64,000 nucleotides of DNA from an uncultured Solirubrobacterales bacterium (GTDB lineage: Bacteria > Actinomycetota > Thermoleophilia > Solirubrobacterales > 70-9), in the NCBI GenBank assembly GCA_963841525.1, contig CAWJDA010000023.1, forward strand, positions 76,563 through 140,562. The letters run 5' to 3'. Below are positions 48,832 through 59,186 of the stretch, piece after piece. The position numbers and the translations under genes were made by a program. The notes under the pieces are model-generated. The model saw only the letters and a list, made by a program, of their open reading frames with translations. It was not told where the DNA came from and did no database searches. The number at the start of each line of letters is the position of its first letter. Position 1 is the stretch's first letter.

Positions 48832-51830
48832 CAGCGATTCCTCCCGTGCTTGCGGCGCCGCTTGCGCCCTCCGCCCTGCTGCTCTCGCACCTTGCGGAGT
48901 GCCGCGGCGCTCGCCTCGCTGAGCTCGGGCCCTTTCTGCTCAGCCCCCCCGTTGCCGCCGGCAGCCGCATCACCGTCACCGCTCGTTCGACCCTCATTGC
49001 CAGCGCCGTCCGGTGCTCCATCGCCGCCGTCGCGTCCGGGCGCGCCGACGGGCGCCGGCGGCTCGGGCCTAGAGGGGGCCGAAGGCCGCGGTGCCTGAGC
49101 CGGCGGCGGCTCGACCGGTGCGGACGGCTCCGGGACGATCCCCGGCACCTCCGAGCGGCTCGGTGCGGGCGCAACCGGCACGGGCGTCTCGGCCTGGACG
49201 GGCTCCTCGGGGCCGCCCTCGGTGCGGGCTACCACGTTGTCCTCCGGGAAGGCGGGGACGCGGCCCATCTGCTCCTCGATCCGCTCGCGTCGGCGCCGAT
49301 AGGCGGGCTCGCGCTCCTTCCAATGGGTGAGCACCGGCGTGGCGATGAAGATCGACGAGTACGTACCGGAGGCGAGCCCGACCATCATCGCGAAGGCGAA
49401 GTCCTTCAGGGTCGCGCCGCCGAAGATGAACAGCACCGTGACCAGGAAGACGCTCGACAGACCGGTGATCAGCGACCGGGTCAGAACCTCGCTCATCGAG
49501 CGGTTGGTGATCTGGGAGAAGGTCGCGCGCGGCAATCGCGGCACGTTCTCGCGCACCCGGTCGAACACGATGACCGTGTCGTAGAGCGAGTACCCGAGGA
49601 TCGTCAGGAACGCGGCGACGGTACCGCTGGTCACCTCCCTCCCCGTCAGCGAATAGACGCCTCCCGTGATCAGGACGTCGTGGATCACGGCGATGATCAC
49701 CGGCACGGCGTACTTCGGCTCGAATCTGAAGGCGACGTAGCCGAAGATCACCAGCAGCGAGAAGATGATCGCCTCGATCGCGCTCCTGGCCACCTGCTGG
49801 CCGAAGGTCGGTCCGACCGTGGTGGCGTTGAAGCCGTTCGGGACGATCCCGTACTTCGACTGGAGCGCCGGCTGGATCCCCTGGACCTCGTCGGGGCTCG
49901 CCTTCGAGTCGATCTCGAAGGTGTTGGTGCCGAGCTGCTTGTTGTGGGCCTTGGTGATCTCGGCGTCGTTGATGCCGGCCGACTCGACCACCGTCCGGAC
50001 GTCGTCGACGGTCGCCGCCTTCTGCAGCCCGACCGTGATTCGGCTGCCGCCCTTGAAGTCGATGCCGAGGTTGAGCTGCTTGGTCGCGAACGACGCCGTC
50101 CCGATCAGCAGGATGACGCCGGAGAGCGTGAAGAAGTACTTGCTCGCCCGGCTGAAGTCGAAGTGCCACTCGTGATGCTTCTCGCGCGCCCCGAGGGCCG
50201 CCGGGGAGCGCATGACCCGCGCGCGACCGAACAGGCCGAGGAATGCCTGGGTGAAGACCACCGCCGTGAACAGGGAGGCGATCGTGCCGACGCCCAGGGT
50301 GAACGCGAAGCCCTTGACATTGGCGGTCGCCAGCGCGAACAGGATGAACGCCGTGATCAGCGTGATCACGTTCGCGTCGATGATCGTGGCGATGCCGCGG
50401 CGATAGCCGGCGGCGATCGCGCTCAGCATCGATTTGCCGCCCCTCGCCTCTTCCTTGATGCGCTCGAAGATGACGATGTTGGCGTCGGCCGCCACCCCGA
50501 TAGTCAGGATCAACCCCGCGATGCCAGGGAGCGTCAGGGTGATCGGGATCAGCTTGATCAGTGCGAAGAAGAGCAGCCCGTAGATCGCGAGCCCGACCAC
50601 CGCGACGAAGCCGAGGAAGCGGTAGTAGGCGAGCAGGAAGAGGCAGACCAGGATCAGGCCGACGATCCCGGCCTTCAGACCCTGGTTGAGCGCCTGCTGC
50701 CCGAGCGTCGCGGAGACCGTGGAGCTCGAGATCTGCACGAGGTCGACGGGCAGCGCACCGATCTGGAGGATCTGGGCCAGATCCTGGGACTCCTGCTGCG
50801 AGAGGCCGTTGATCTCGGCGCCGGTGCGGCCGTCGATCCCGTTCGGGTTGTCGACGAAGTTGACGATCGGGCGTGACTTGATCGCCTGGTCGAGCACGAC
50901 CGCGAAATGGCCGGAGTACTGATCGGCGACCTGGGAGTTGCCCGCTACCCCCGGAGGCGCATTCTGTAGCCCTCGCTGTGCGATCTGCTTGGTGACGTCG
51001 GAGAACTCCTGCCGCCCGGTGTCGGTGAAGCTGAAGGTGACGTCGGGGTTGTTGAACTGGTCGAAGTTCGGCTTCGGGTCGGTGATGTCGGTGCCCGAGA
51101 GCGCCGGCCGGTCCCTGATCACGAACCACGAGGCGGAGTTCTTGCCCGCGACGGTGTCCGGCGGCGCCGACTCCCCCTGAGCGGGCTCCTTCTCGACCAC
51201 GAGCGTGCCCTGGGGGACCGTGAGGATCTGGGTGTTGGGCGGCTGCTTCTGACCCGGCAGGTCGGCGAACAGGTCCCGCGTGTTATCGGCCGGCCCGGCG
51301 ATGTAGGCGTGGGTCTGCGAGTTGAAGAGGTAGTACTGCGGCCCGTTGGTCGTGCACTTGTTCTGGAAGCATTCGGGCTTCTGCTGGGAGGCGACCTTGA
51401 CGGCGTCGTAGTAGCGCGGGAAGGATGCCTCCCCGGGCGGCACGTTGGTGGTCACCGGGTTGGGGATGACGTTCGGCTCCCAGTCGTAGAAGTGGAGCTG
51501 CGCCGTCTGCCCGACCTGCTGGCTCGCGCTGGCCGCGTTGCTGACGTCAGGGAGCCCCACCCTGATGGAGTCCGAGCCGATCCGCGAGATCTCGGGCTCC
51601 GACACGCCGAAGGCGTCGGTCCGCTTGCGGATGATCTCGATCGCCCGGTCCATGTCGGACCCGTTGATCGACGGGTTCTGCGGCGTCGGCCGCGCCTGGA
51701 AGATCAGCTCGGTGCCGCCCTTGAGGTCGAGGCCGAGAGTCGTCTTCTTGGTCGCCACGACGATCCCCGACGCAACGATCAGGAGCGCCACGAAGGCGAG
51801 GATGAAGAGGTTGCGGCGGCGGTTGCTCAC
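48831..51830 (-). CDS. secDF: fused protein-export membrane protein SecDF
   Basis: 999 aa with a SecD periplasmic domain and 12 TM segments, then SecF (LNLGIDFKGG). It has a long P/G/A/R-rich C-terminal tail. Confidence 0.95.
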   Translation of the reverse strand: MSNRRRNLFILAFVALLIVASGIVVATKKTTLGLDLKGGTELIFQARPTPQNPSINGSDMDRAIEIIRKRTDAFGVSEPEISRIGSDSIRVGLPDVSNAASASQQVGQTAQLHFYDWEPNVIPNPVTTNVPPGEASFPRYYDAVKVASQQKPECFQNKCTTNGPQYYLFNSQTHAYIAGPADNTRDLFADLPGQKQPPNTQILTVPQGTLVVEKEPAQGESAPPDTVAGKNSASWFVIRDRPALSGTDITDPKPNFDQFNNPDVTFSFTDTGRQEFSDVTKQIAQRGLQNAPPGVAGNSQVADQYSGHFAVVLDQAIKSRPIVNFVDNPNGIDGRTGAEINGLSQQESQDLAQILQIGALPVDLVQISSSTVSATLGQQALNQGLKAGIVGLILVCLFLLAYYRFLGFVAVVGLAIYGLLFFALIKLIPITLTLPGIAGLILTIGVAADANIVIFERIKEEARGGKSMLSAIAAGYRRGIATIIDANVITLITAFILFALATANVKGFAFTLGVGTIASLFTAVVFTQAFLGLFGRARVMRSPAALGAREKHHEWHFDFSRASKYFFTLSGVILLIGTASFATKQLNLGIDFKGGSRITVGLQKAATVDDVRTVVESAGINDAEITKAHNKQLGTNTFEIDSKASPDEVQGIQPALQSKYGIVPNGFNATTVGPTFGQQVARSAIEAIIFSLLVIFGYVAFRFEPKYAVPVIIAVIHDVLITGGVYSLTGREVTSGTVAAFLTILGYSLYDTVIVFDRVRENVPRLPRATFSQITNRSMSEVLTRSLITGLSSVFLVTVLFIFGGATLKDFAFAMMVGLASGTYSSIFIATPVLTHWKEREPAYRRRRERIEEQMGRVPAFPEDNVVARTEGGPEEPVQAETPVPVAPAPSRSEVPGIVPEPSAPVEPPPAQAPRPSAPSRPEPPAPVGAPGRDGGDGAPDGAGNEGRTSGDGDAAAGGNGGAEQKGPELSEASAAALRKVREQQGGGRKRRRKHGRNR

Positions 51831-51934
51831 GGTTTTGAAAGGGTCACGCTAGCGGTCTCAGGCGTGATCTCCGGCCCCCATTGCAACACAGCAAGGGGCG
51901 TAGGAATTCGGCAGCCACTAAGGCGGCGCCGCAT

Positions 51935-52420
51935 CTACTCGGGCGTCAGGACGAGAAGTAGGCCGCCGTCGTCGTCATAGGCGGGGAACAGATCCGCCAC
52001 CGCCTCGGTCGGGAGATCGCCCTCCGCCTTCACCGCCACCCGCTTTCCCAGCGAGCGCACGCCCCACTCGAGCGTCGTCTCGATCGGATCCGTCTCGCCG
52101 TTGCCGTCTGAATCTGCGGTCTCCTTTCCGTCGCCCTGGTCGATCCACTCCAGGCCGAGCACGTCTCGAACCGGGCGGCCGATCACCTGCTCGTCCTTCA
52201 GCCCGGTGAGCTCGAAGGCGCCCTTGCCCAGGTCGAGGACCCTGGCCTGCTGATCGAGCGTGAAGAACGCCGCCCCAGGCGCCGGCATGTAGTCGTCCAG
52301 CAGCTCGAAGAGGAAGCCGAAGCCGCACTTGGAGCAGCCCTTGGGGCGCATCGAGAAGCCTGCGGTGCGCTCCCCGCTCAGCTCGCGGTTTCCACAGTTC
52401 GGACAGATGAAGTACGGCAT
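51935..52420 (-). CDS. Zn-ribbon protein with PAS-like C-terminal region, function unknown
   Basis: MPYFICPNCGN...CSKCGFGF, then FTLDQQARVLDLGKGAFELTGLKDEQVIGRPV. Confidence 0.55.
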   Translation of the reverse strand: MPYFICPNCGNRELSGERTAGFSMRPKGCSKCGFGFLFELLDDYMPAPGAAFFTLDQQARVLDLGKGAFELTGLKDEQVIGRPVRDVLGLEWIDQGDGKETADSDGNGETDPIETTLEWGVRSLGKRVAVKAEGDLPTEAVADLFPAYDDDGGLLLVLTPE

Positions 52421-52472
52421 GCGTGTCCCAAGGCTAGCCAACCGATCCCGGCGACCGATCGGTTGACGGCGC

Positions 52473-53540
52473 CTAAAACAGGCTCGCCATGCCCTCTGGG
52501 ACCGGCAACCCGAGGTGCTCGTAGGCCCTCTCGGTGAGCACCCTGCCGCGCGGGGTTCGCTTCACAAGTCCCTGCTGAAGGAGGTACGGCTCGAAGACGT
52601 CCTCGATCGTGTCCGCTTCCTCCCCGACTGCGACCGAGAGGGTCGAGAGACCGACCGGCCCGCCACCGAATTTGCTGGCCATCAGCTCGAGCAGTTGCCG
52701 GTCGTGCCGGTCGAGCCCGGCACGGTCCACCTCGAGCATCTCCAGCGCATCCGAGGCGAGTTCGCCGTCGATCTTGCCGCGGTCCTTGACCTCGGCGAAG
52801 TCACGGACCCGCCGGAGCAGGCGGTTCGCGACCCTGGGCGTTCCGCGCGCGCGGGATGCGATCTCCTCCGCACCGTCCGGGCCCACCTCAATGCCGAGGA
52901 TGCCGGCGGACCGCAGAACGATCTGGCGCAGGTCGTCGGGGGCGTAGTGCTCGAGTCGGTGGCTGACGCCGAAGCGGTCGCGGAGCGGCGTCGTCAACAG
53001 CCCGGTCCTCGTCGTCGCGCCGATCAGCGTGAAGGGCGGCAGGTCGAGGGTGACGGTGCGCGCGCCCGCGCCCTGGCCGAGGACCACCGGCAGGCGCCCG
53101 TCCTCCATCGCCGGGTAGAGGGTCTCCTCCACCGCCCTGCCGAGGCGATGGATCTCGTCGATGAAGAAGGCGCTGCCCGGCTCGAGCGAGGTGAGGAAGG
53201 CGGCGATGTCGGCCTTGCGCTCGAGGGCTGGGCCGGCGGTCTGGACCATCGGCACGTTCAGCTCCGCGGCGATGATGTAGGCGAGCGAGGTCTTGCCGAG
53301 GCCCGGCGGGCCGGCGAGTAGCACATGGTCGAGCGCCTCGCCTCGGCGGCGAGCCGCCTCGATGAAGATGCCGAGCTGTTCGGTGACCTGCACCTGGTTG
53401 ACGAAGTCCTCCAGCTTCGGCGGCCGAAGCGAGCGGTCGAAGTCGTCGTCCGGGCCGGCGGCGCGAGCGTCGTGGATGACGATCTCTTCCTCGTCGTCGA
53501 TCCCCGGCGTCCGGATCCCCTTCCCCGGCTCGACGCTCAT
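52473..53540 (-). CDS. ruvB: Holliday junction branch-migration helicase RuvB
   Basis: 355 aa, [14 protein letters not shown] and FIDEIHRL. Confidence 0.95.
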   Translation of the reverse strand: MSVEPGKGIRTPGIDDEEEIVIHDARAAGPDDDFDRSLRPPKLEDFVNQVQVTEQLGIFIEAARRRGEALDHVLLAGPPGLGKTSLAYIIAAELNVPMVQTAGPALERKADIAAFLTSLEPGSAFFIDEIHRLGRAVEETLYPAMEDGRLPVVLGQGAGARTVTLDLPPFTLIGATTRTGLLTTPLRDRFGVSHRLEHYAPDDLRQIVLRSAGILGIEVGPDGAEEIASRARGTPRVANRLLRRVRDFAEVKDRGKIDGELASDALEMLEVDRAGLDRHDRQLLELMASKFGGGPVGLSTLSVAVGEEADTIEDVFEPYLLQQGLVKRTPRGRVLTERAYEHLGLPVPEGMASLF

Positions 53541-54136
53541 GCTGCCTTCGCCCCCGCGGCGCTGCGCAGCGCCGACTCGACGATTTCCTCGGGCCTCTCG
53601 CCCTCAGCGCCGGAGAGGAGCTTCTCCGCCTCGGGCAGCGTGTAGCCGAGGTTGAGCAGGCCCTCGCGCGCCAGCGAGCGCGGGTCCTCCTCCCCCGGGG
53701 CCAGTGCCACGCCATCGGCGTCGCCCTCGATTTCCCCGGCCACCTTCTCGCGAAGCTCGACGATGATCCGCTCGGCCGTACGCTTGCCGACGCCCGGGAC
53801 CGCCTGGAATCGCTTCGCGTCCCCGGCCGCGATCGCACGCAGCAGCTCCCGCACGGACCCGCCGGAGAGTACGGCCATCGCGACCTTGGGTCCGACGCCT
53901 CCGACGGAGATCAGGTGCAGGAAGAGGTCGCGCTCCTCCTCACTGGCAAAGCCGTAGAGGCTGAGCGAGTCCTCGCGCGCCACCAGATGCGCATGGAGCG
54001 AAGCGGGCTTGCCGCGTGCGGGGACCGCCTTGAGCGTCTCGGCCGAGACGGCAAGGCGATAGCCGACCCCGGCGGCGTCGAGGACGACGTAGTCGGGGCG
54101 GCGAACGAGAACCTCTCCGCTGACGGAGGCGATCAT
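53537..54136 (-). CDS. ruvA: Holliday junction DNA helicase RuvA
   Basis: 199 aa, [28 protein letters not shown] and [12 protein letters not shown]. Confidence 0.95.
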   Translation of the reverse strand: MIASVSGEVLVRRPDYVVLDAAGVGYRLAVSAETLKAVPARGKPASLHAHLVAREDSLSLYGFASEEERDLFLHLISVGGVGPKVAMAVLSGGSVRELLRAIAAGDAKRFQAVPGVGKRTAERIIVELREKVAGEIEGDADGVALAPGEEDPRSLAREGLLNLGYTLPEAEKLLSGAEGERPEEIVESALRSAAGAKAA

Positions 54137-54169
54137 GCCGACTGATTCTGGGTGCGCAATCGGATGCCT

Positions 54170-54721
54170 TCAGCCCGCAAGGCGCTGGCGCGTGGTGAGC
54201 GCCGACCGCGTCCCCAACCTCGGCCGCCCGAAGTCCGAGAAGGCCTTGCGCGCCCCGGCGGTCCCGACGTGGCAGATCGCCACGGCGAATGCGTCGGCCG
54301 CGTGATCCGGCGCCGGCGGTTCCGGCAGATCGAGCAGGCTGGCGACCATCCGCTGCACCTGCCCCTTGTCCGCCGAGCCCGAGCCGCAGACCGCCTTCTT
54401 CACGGCCTGGGGCGTGTAGTCGAAGCAGGGCAGCGCGTGCCTGCCGGCAGCCACCAGCGTCGCGCCCCGCGCCTCTCCGACGCTCAGCGCGGAGGCCACG
54501 TTCTTGCCGAAGTAGAGCTCCTCGAGCGCCATGGCCTTCGGCTCGTGCCAGCGGATCAGCTCCCCGAGGGTGTCGTGGAGGCGGACCAGCCGCTGCTCGG
54601 CGGAGAGATCGGAGGGGATCTCGATCACGCCCCCGTCCAGCGCGACCATTCGCTCACCGGAGGTACGGACCACTCCGAATCCGGTGTTGGCGATACCCGG
54701 ATCGATACCGATGACGATCAC
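54170..54721 (-). CDS. ruvC: crossover junction endodeoxyribonuclease RuvC
   Basis: 183 aa, MIVIGIDPGIANTGFGVV and DAADAFAVAICH. Confidence 0.95.
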   Translation of the reverse strand: MIVIGIDPGIANTGFGVVRTSGERMVALDGGVIEIPSDLSAEQRLVRLHDTLGELIRWHEPKAMALEELYFGKNVASALSVGEARGATLVAAGRHALPCFDYTPQAVKKAVCGSGSADKGQVQRMVASLLDLPEPPAPDHAADAFAVAICHVGTAGARKAFSDFGRPRLGTRSALTTRQRLAG

Positions 54722-54772
54722 GCTCTTCCATTCTCACTCGCCCCCCGGATGTCCTCCAAGAAGAAGTAGCCG

Positions 54773-55528
54773 CTAGCTCGCCGCCGCGGCCTTCTCCAGG
54801 ATCTCCTCCGGCACGTCGAAGTTCGCGTGCACCGAGTCGACGTCGTCGTGCTCCTCGAGGGCGTCCATGAGACGGAGCAGGGCAGGCGCGTCCGACTCCC
54901 CCACTTCGACTGCGCTCTTCGGCTCCATCGAGAGCTCGGCCGACTGGACCTCGACCCCCGCCTCATCCAGCGCGGAGCGGACGGCCGCCAGGTCCGAGGC
55001 GGCGGTGATGACCTTGAGCAGGTCCCCGTCCTCCGAGACATCCTCGGCGCCGGCGTCGATCGCCGGCATCAGGTCGTCCTCGCTGTAGCGCTCACCGTCG
55101 ACGAGGATGACGCCGCGATTCTCGAACTGCCAGGCGACCGAGCCCGGTTCGCCGAGGCTGCCGCCGTGCCGCTCGAAGGCGTGGCGGATCTCCGAGCCGG
55201 TGCGATTTCGATTGTCGGTCAGCGCCTCGACCAGGATCGCGGCGCCCCCGGGGCCGTAGCCCTCATAGGTGACGCTCTCGATCGCGGCGGCGTCGGCGCC
55301 CTCGCCGGTCCCGCGGTCGATGGCGCGCTGAATGTTGTCCTTGGGCATCGAGGCATCGCGGGCCTTCTGCACGGCCAGGCCGAGCGCGGGGTTCGCGTCG
55401 ATGTTGCCGCCCCCATCGCGGGCGGCGACCGTGATCGCGCGCGCCAGCTTCGTGAAGAGTTTGCCGCGCTTGGCGTCCGCGGCGCCCTTCTTGTGCTTGA
55501 TCGACGACCACTTCGAGTGACCCGACAT
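54773..55528 (-). CDS. YebC/PmpR family DNA-binding transcriptional regulator
   Basis: 251 aa, MSGHSKWSSIKHKKGAADAKRGKLFTKL. Confidence 0.9.
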   Translation of the reverse strand: MSGHSKWSSIKHKKGAADAKRGKLFTKLARAITVAARDGGGNIDANPALGLAVQKARDASMPKDNIQRAIDRGTGEGADAAAIESVTYEGYGPGGAAILVEALTDNRNRTGSEIRHAFERHGGSLGEPGSVAWQFENRGVILVDGERYSEDDLMPAIDAGAEDVSEDGDLLKVITAASDLAAVRSALDEAGVEVQSAELSMEPKSAVEVGESDAPALLRLMDALEEHDDVDSVHANFDVPEEILEKAAAAS

Positions 55529-55604
55529 GACGTCGATTCTAGGACGGACCCACCAAGCAAACGGGGCGCCCTCCGGCGCCCCGTCCCCCCCGTTCGACCG
55601 ACCG

Positions 55605-56219
55605 CTACTTCGGGTTGGTCGCCGTCAAGCTCAACTTGAAGCAGTCGAGGGTGCCGGTGCCGTGCAGGTTGTTGTCGTCCATCACCAGCAGGGACCAGAC
55701 GGCGTTGGTCGCCTTCTTGTCGCCCAGGCCATTGACCAAATTGAGGCTCTCCTGTGGCGCGAAGAACCCGACGAAGGGAGCGTTCAGGCCGGGCGTCGCG
55801 ATCGAGGTCGGCGTCTGGCTGTCGAAGGTGGTTAGCCCACCCGAGCAGCCGGCGAAACCGTTCCCGTAGTTGTTGCCGTTTCCGCCGACGTCATGCGAGA
55901 GGTTGACGACCCCTCGCGGCGTAGCGAGATAGATCTCGAGGTCACTGGCGAACGGGTGCGAGATCCGCACACCCACGTTCACATCCTTGATCTTGCCACG
56001 CGGATTGAGGCCCTTGACCGCGACCGGATCACGCACGAGCTGGATGGCAGCGCCACCGCCATCCGGGATGTTGAGCGCCACTCCGCCGGACGGCGCTCCC
56101 ACCCCCACGGTGTAGGTCTTGTTGATGACCTTTTTCCTGGCCTGCGCGGCCGGTGCAGCCAGAACGAGACCGAGGCTCAGAGCCGCGACGGCCACCAAGC
56201 CCAGCTTGCGTCCGAACAT
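55605..56219 (-). CDS. secreted protein with proprotein-convertase P-domain-like fold
   Basis: Signal peptide, then IKDVNVGVRISHPFASDLEIYLATPRG...WSLLVMDDNNLHGTGTLDCFKLSL. Confidence 0.6.
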   Translation of the reverse strand: MFGRKLGLVAVAALSLGLVLAAPAAQARKKVINKTYTVGVGAPSGGVALNIPDGGGAAIQLVRDPVAVKGLNPRGKIKDVNVGVRISHPFASDLEIYLATPRGVVNLSHDVGGNGNNYGNGFAGCSGGLTTFDSQTPTSIATPGLNAPFVGFFAPQESLNLVNGLGDKKATNAVWSLLVMDDNNLHGTGTLDCFKLSLTATNPK

Positions 56220-56336
56220 GCTGTCCCTCCTTGCGGTGTGACTTCGCGCCTTGGTTATGAAGGGCCCGTTCTCCCATCGGGCGCCTACCGTTTCTGCTGG
56301 CTAGAACCCGGTTTGAGTCCGAGGGTTGCGGAGCGG

Positions 56337-57440
56337 TTAGACCACGAAGGCGCCGTCGCGCTGGAGCGGCTCGCCGTCGACCTCGATCTGGCCGCCCTGG
56401 CGCAGGTCGCAGATCATGTCCCAGTGGATCGCCGACTCGTTGACGCCGCCGGTCTCGGGATATGAGCGGCCCACGGCGAGGTGGACCGTGCCGCCGATCT
56501 TCTCGTCGAGCAGGATCTCGCCGGTCCCGGCGGTGATCCCGTAATTGGTGCCGATGCCGAGCTCGCCGAGGCGGCGAGCGCCCTCGTCGGTGTCAAGCAT
56601 CTCGATCAGGAACTCCTCCCCCTTCTCTGCGGCCGCGTCGACGACCTTGCCGCCAGCGAAGCGGAACCGGACCCCGGCGACCTCGCGTCCCGCATAGGTG
56701 GCGGGAAGGTGGAAGCGGATCTCACCCTCCGCGGAGTCCTCGACGGGGCCGGTGAAGAACTCGCCGTCGGGCATGTTGTGCTTGCCGTCCGCGGCGATGA
56801 AGGTGCGGTCGTCGATCCCGAGCCGCAGGTCGGTGCCGTCGCCCGTCACGTGCACCTCGGAGCGTCCCTGGATCCAGTCCGCCAGCCGCTTGGTCTCTTC
56901 GGACGTCCGCACCCAGGCGCCGACCGGGTCCTCGTCCGTCGCCAGGCAGGCGCCGTAGTAGAAGTCCTCGTAAGCGGCGAGACTCATCCCGGCCTCGGAT
57001 GCATAGGCGTGGGTCGGGAAGAGGGTGAGCGCCCAGCGGTAGGTCCCCTCCGCGCTCCGCTCCATCGCCCTCTTCATCAGCTTCTGGGTCGCCGCCTGCC
57101 GCGTGGCCTGGCGCTCGGGTGGGACCTCGGAGAGGGCGCGCGTGTTCTGGGTCGCCATCACCGCAATCCGCACGTCGGCATTTTCGACGGCCCACTCGGC
57201 GAGCGGTGAGATCCATTGCAGCTGCTCGTCGGAGGCGAGCTCGAAGTAGGAGGCCGACTGGCCCTCCATCGCCATGTGCACGATGGGGTTGCCGCCGGCC
57301 CGGAGCACCTCCTCATAGATCGCCTGCAGAAGGGGCTCGGCCGCCGACTCGCCCTCGATCGTGCAGACGTCGCCGTTCGAGACCCTGGTCGAGTAGCGAA
57401 CGAGGATCTGGGCGAGCGCCGTTACCCGAGGGTCCCTCAT
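56337..57440 (-). CDS. M29-family aminopeptidase (AmpS/PepS-like)
   Basis: 367 aa, MRDPRVTALAQILVRYS...LGELGIGTNYGI...HLAVGRSYPETGG. Confidence 0.85.
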   Translation of the reverse strand: MRDPRVTALAQILVRYSTRVSNGDVCTIEGESAAEPLLQAIYEEVLRAGGNPIVHMAMEGQSASYFELASDEQLQWISPLAEWAVENADVRIAVMATQNTRALSEVPPERQATRQAATQKLMKRAMERSAEGTYRWALTLFPTHAYASEAGMSLAAYEDFYYGACLATDEDPVGAWVRTSEETKRLADWIQGRSEVHVTGDGTDLRLGIDDRTFIAADGKHNMPDGEFFTGPVEDSAEGEIRFHLPATYAGREVAGVRFRFAGGKVVDAAAEKGEEFLIEMLDTDEGARRLGELGIGTNYGITAGTGEILLDEKIGGTVHLAVGRSYPETGGVNESAIHWDMICDLRQGGQIEVDGEPLQRDGAFVV

Positions 57441-57449
57441 ACCGACAAC

Positions 57450-58040
57450 CTAGCGACGAGCCGGATCTCCGGTCCGCGCCGCCGTGCACATTGCCATGAA
57501 GGCGGCGTGCAAGCGGCTGTCATCGGTGAGCTCGGCATGGAAGGCGACGGCCAGCACGTTCCCGTCGCGGACTGCGACCGGGTGGCCGTCCAGTTCGGCC
57601 AAGACCTCGACGCCGGGACCCTGCTCCTCGACCCAGGGCGCGCGGATGAAGACCGCTCGCAGGGGCTCCTCGCCGAGCCCCTTGACGCGCAGGTCCTCCT
57701 CGAAGCTCTGCAACTGCCGGCCGAAGGCGTTGCGGCGGCAGAGGTAATCCGCCAACCCCAGGTGAGCGCGGTCGCAGACGATCATCCCGGCGCAGCTCCC
57801 GAAGATGGGGCCGCCCGCGCGTTGATAGGAGCGAATCGCCTCGTCCAGGCCCTCGCGCTCCATCCCCATCGAGATCGTCGTCGACTCACCGCCCGGGATG
57901 ACCAGGCCGTCGAGGCGCTCCAGCGCCGACGGGGTTCGCACCTCGCTCACCTCGGCCCCGAGCGACTCCAGCGCCAGGCGGTGGGCCTCGAAGTCCCCCT
58001 GGATGGCGAGGACGCCGATGCGCAGCGGGGGACGGCTCAA
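57450..58040 (-). CDS. pdxT: pyridoxal 5'-phosphate synthase glutaminase subunit PdxT
   Basis: From TTG 58040 (MSRPPLRIGVLAIQGDFEAH...LVIPGGESTT). The ORF-track start 58112 lies inside pdxS. Confidence 0.9.
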   Translation of the reverse strand: MSRPPLRIGVLAIQGDFEAHRLALESLGAEVSEVRTPSALERLDGLVIPGGESTTISMGMEREGLDEAIRSYQRAGGPIFGSCAGMIVCDRAHLGLADYLCRRNAFGRQLQSFEEDLRVKGLGEEPLRAVFIRAPWVEEQGPGVEVLAELDGHPVAVRDGNVLAVAFHAELTDDSRLHAAFMAMCTAARTGDPARR

Positions 58041-58041
58041 A

Positions 58042-58929
58042 TCAACTGCCGCGGCCTTGGAGCAGGCCGCCGTCGGCGGCGAGGGCTTCGATCTCGAGGC
58101 CGGGCATCGCATCGCCGAGCTCCATCGACGCCTGGGCGACGCGCTCGGGGTCGTTGAAGTGCGTGGTGGCCTCGACGATCGCGCGAGCCCGGCGGGCGGG
58201 ATCCTCGCTCTTGAAGATCCCGGAGCCGACGAAGTTGCCCTCGGCGCCGAGCTGCATCATCAACGCGGCATCGGCCGGGGTGGCAATCCCGCCCGCGCAG
58301 AAGAGCGGGACCGGCAGCCAGCCGCGTTCGGCGACGCTCTGGGCCACGTCGAGCGGCGCCCGGTGCTCCTTCGCGGCGCCGGCGAGCTGCTCCGGGCGCA
58401 GTGAGGCGAGCTGTTTGATGCCATCGGTGATCTCACGCATGTGGCGGACGGCTTCGACGATGTTCCCGGTCCCCGCCTCGCCCTTCGACCGGATCATCGC
58501 GGCGCCCTCACCGATCCGCCGCAGCGCCTCGCCGAGGTTGGTGGCGCCGCAGACGAACGGCACCTCGAAGGCGAACTTGTCGATGTGGTTGGACTCGTCG
58601 GCGGGGGTCAGCACCTCCGACTCGTCCACGTAGTCGACCTCGAGGGACTGGAGCACCTGGGCCTCCGCGAAGTGGCCGATCCGCGCTTTCGCCATCACCG
58701 GGATCGTCACCGCCTCCTGGATCTCCTTGATCACCGCGGGGTTGGACATCCGCGCGACGCCGCCCTGGGCACGAATGTCGGCCGGCACCCGCTCCAACGC
58801 CATCACCGCGCAGGCGCCCGCGTCCTCGGCGATCTTCGCCTGCCCGGCGTTGGTGACGTCCATGATCACCCCGCCCTTGAGCATCTCGGCGAGGCCCGTC
58901 TTGACGCGGAATGTCGCTCGCTCGGCCAT
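58042..58929 (-). CDS. pdxS: pyridoxal 5'-phosphate synthase lyase subunit PdxS
   Basis: 295 aa, [24 protein letters not shown] and [19 protein letters not shown]. Confidence 0.95.
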   Translation of the reverse strand: MAERATFRVKTGLAEMLKGGVIMDVTNAGQAKIAEDAGACAVMALERVPADIRAQGGVARMSNPAVIKEIQEAVTIPVMAKARIGHFAEAQVLQSLEVDYVDESEVLTPADESNHIDKFAFEVPFVCGATNLGEALRRIGEGAAMIRSKGEAGTGNIVEAVRHMREITDGIKQLASLRPEQLAGAAKEHRAPLDVAQSVAERGWLPVPLFCAGGIATPADAALMMQLGAEGNFVGSGIFKSEDPARRARAIVEATTHFNDPERVAQASMELGDAMPGLEIEALAADGGLLQGRGS

Positions 58930-59186
58930 GGAACCGAATAGTAGAAGGCGGCCGCCGCGACCAACCTGACGCCCCTGATGAAGCCCCTGATGAAGACCGG
59001 TTGCGACGTTTGCCTCGTTGATGGGAGGGCAAACTTCTCTCTACCTCACCCCTGGGGGGGTAGGAGGTGGATGGGATGAGGAGGCGTTACTACTGACTTG
59101 GGATCCTCCCCCGGATCCCGGTATCGGCTGCAGGTCCGGATCGCCCCCCGGGCCTGCGGCCTCATGTCCAAAGACAGTTCGCAGAC

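Noticed and set aside
58971-58994. Tandem 2 x 12 bp repeat GCCCCTGATGAA upstream of pdxS, plus nearby short hairpins (59008-59035, 59100-59120)
   Set aside because: They are too short and isolated to interpret, and no known PLP-related regulatory motif was recognised.
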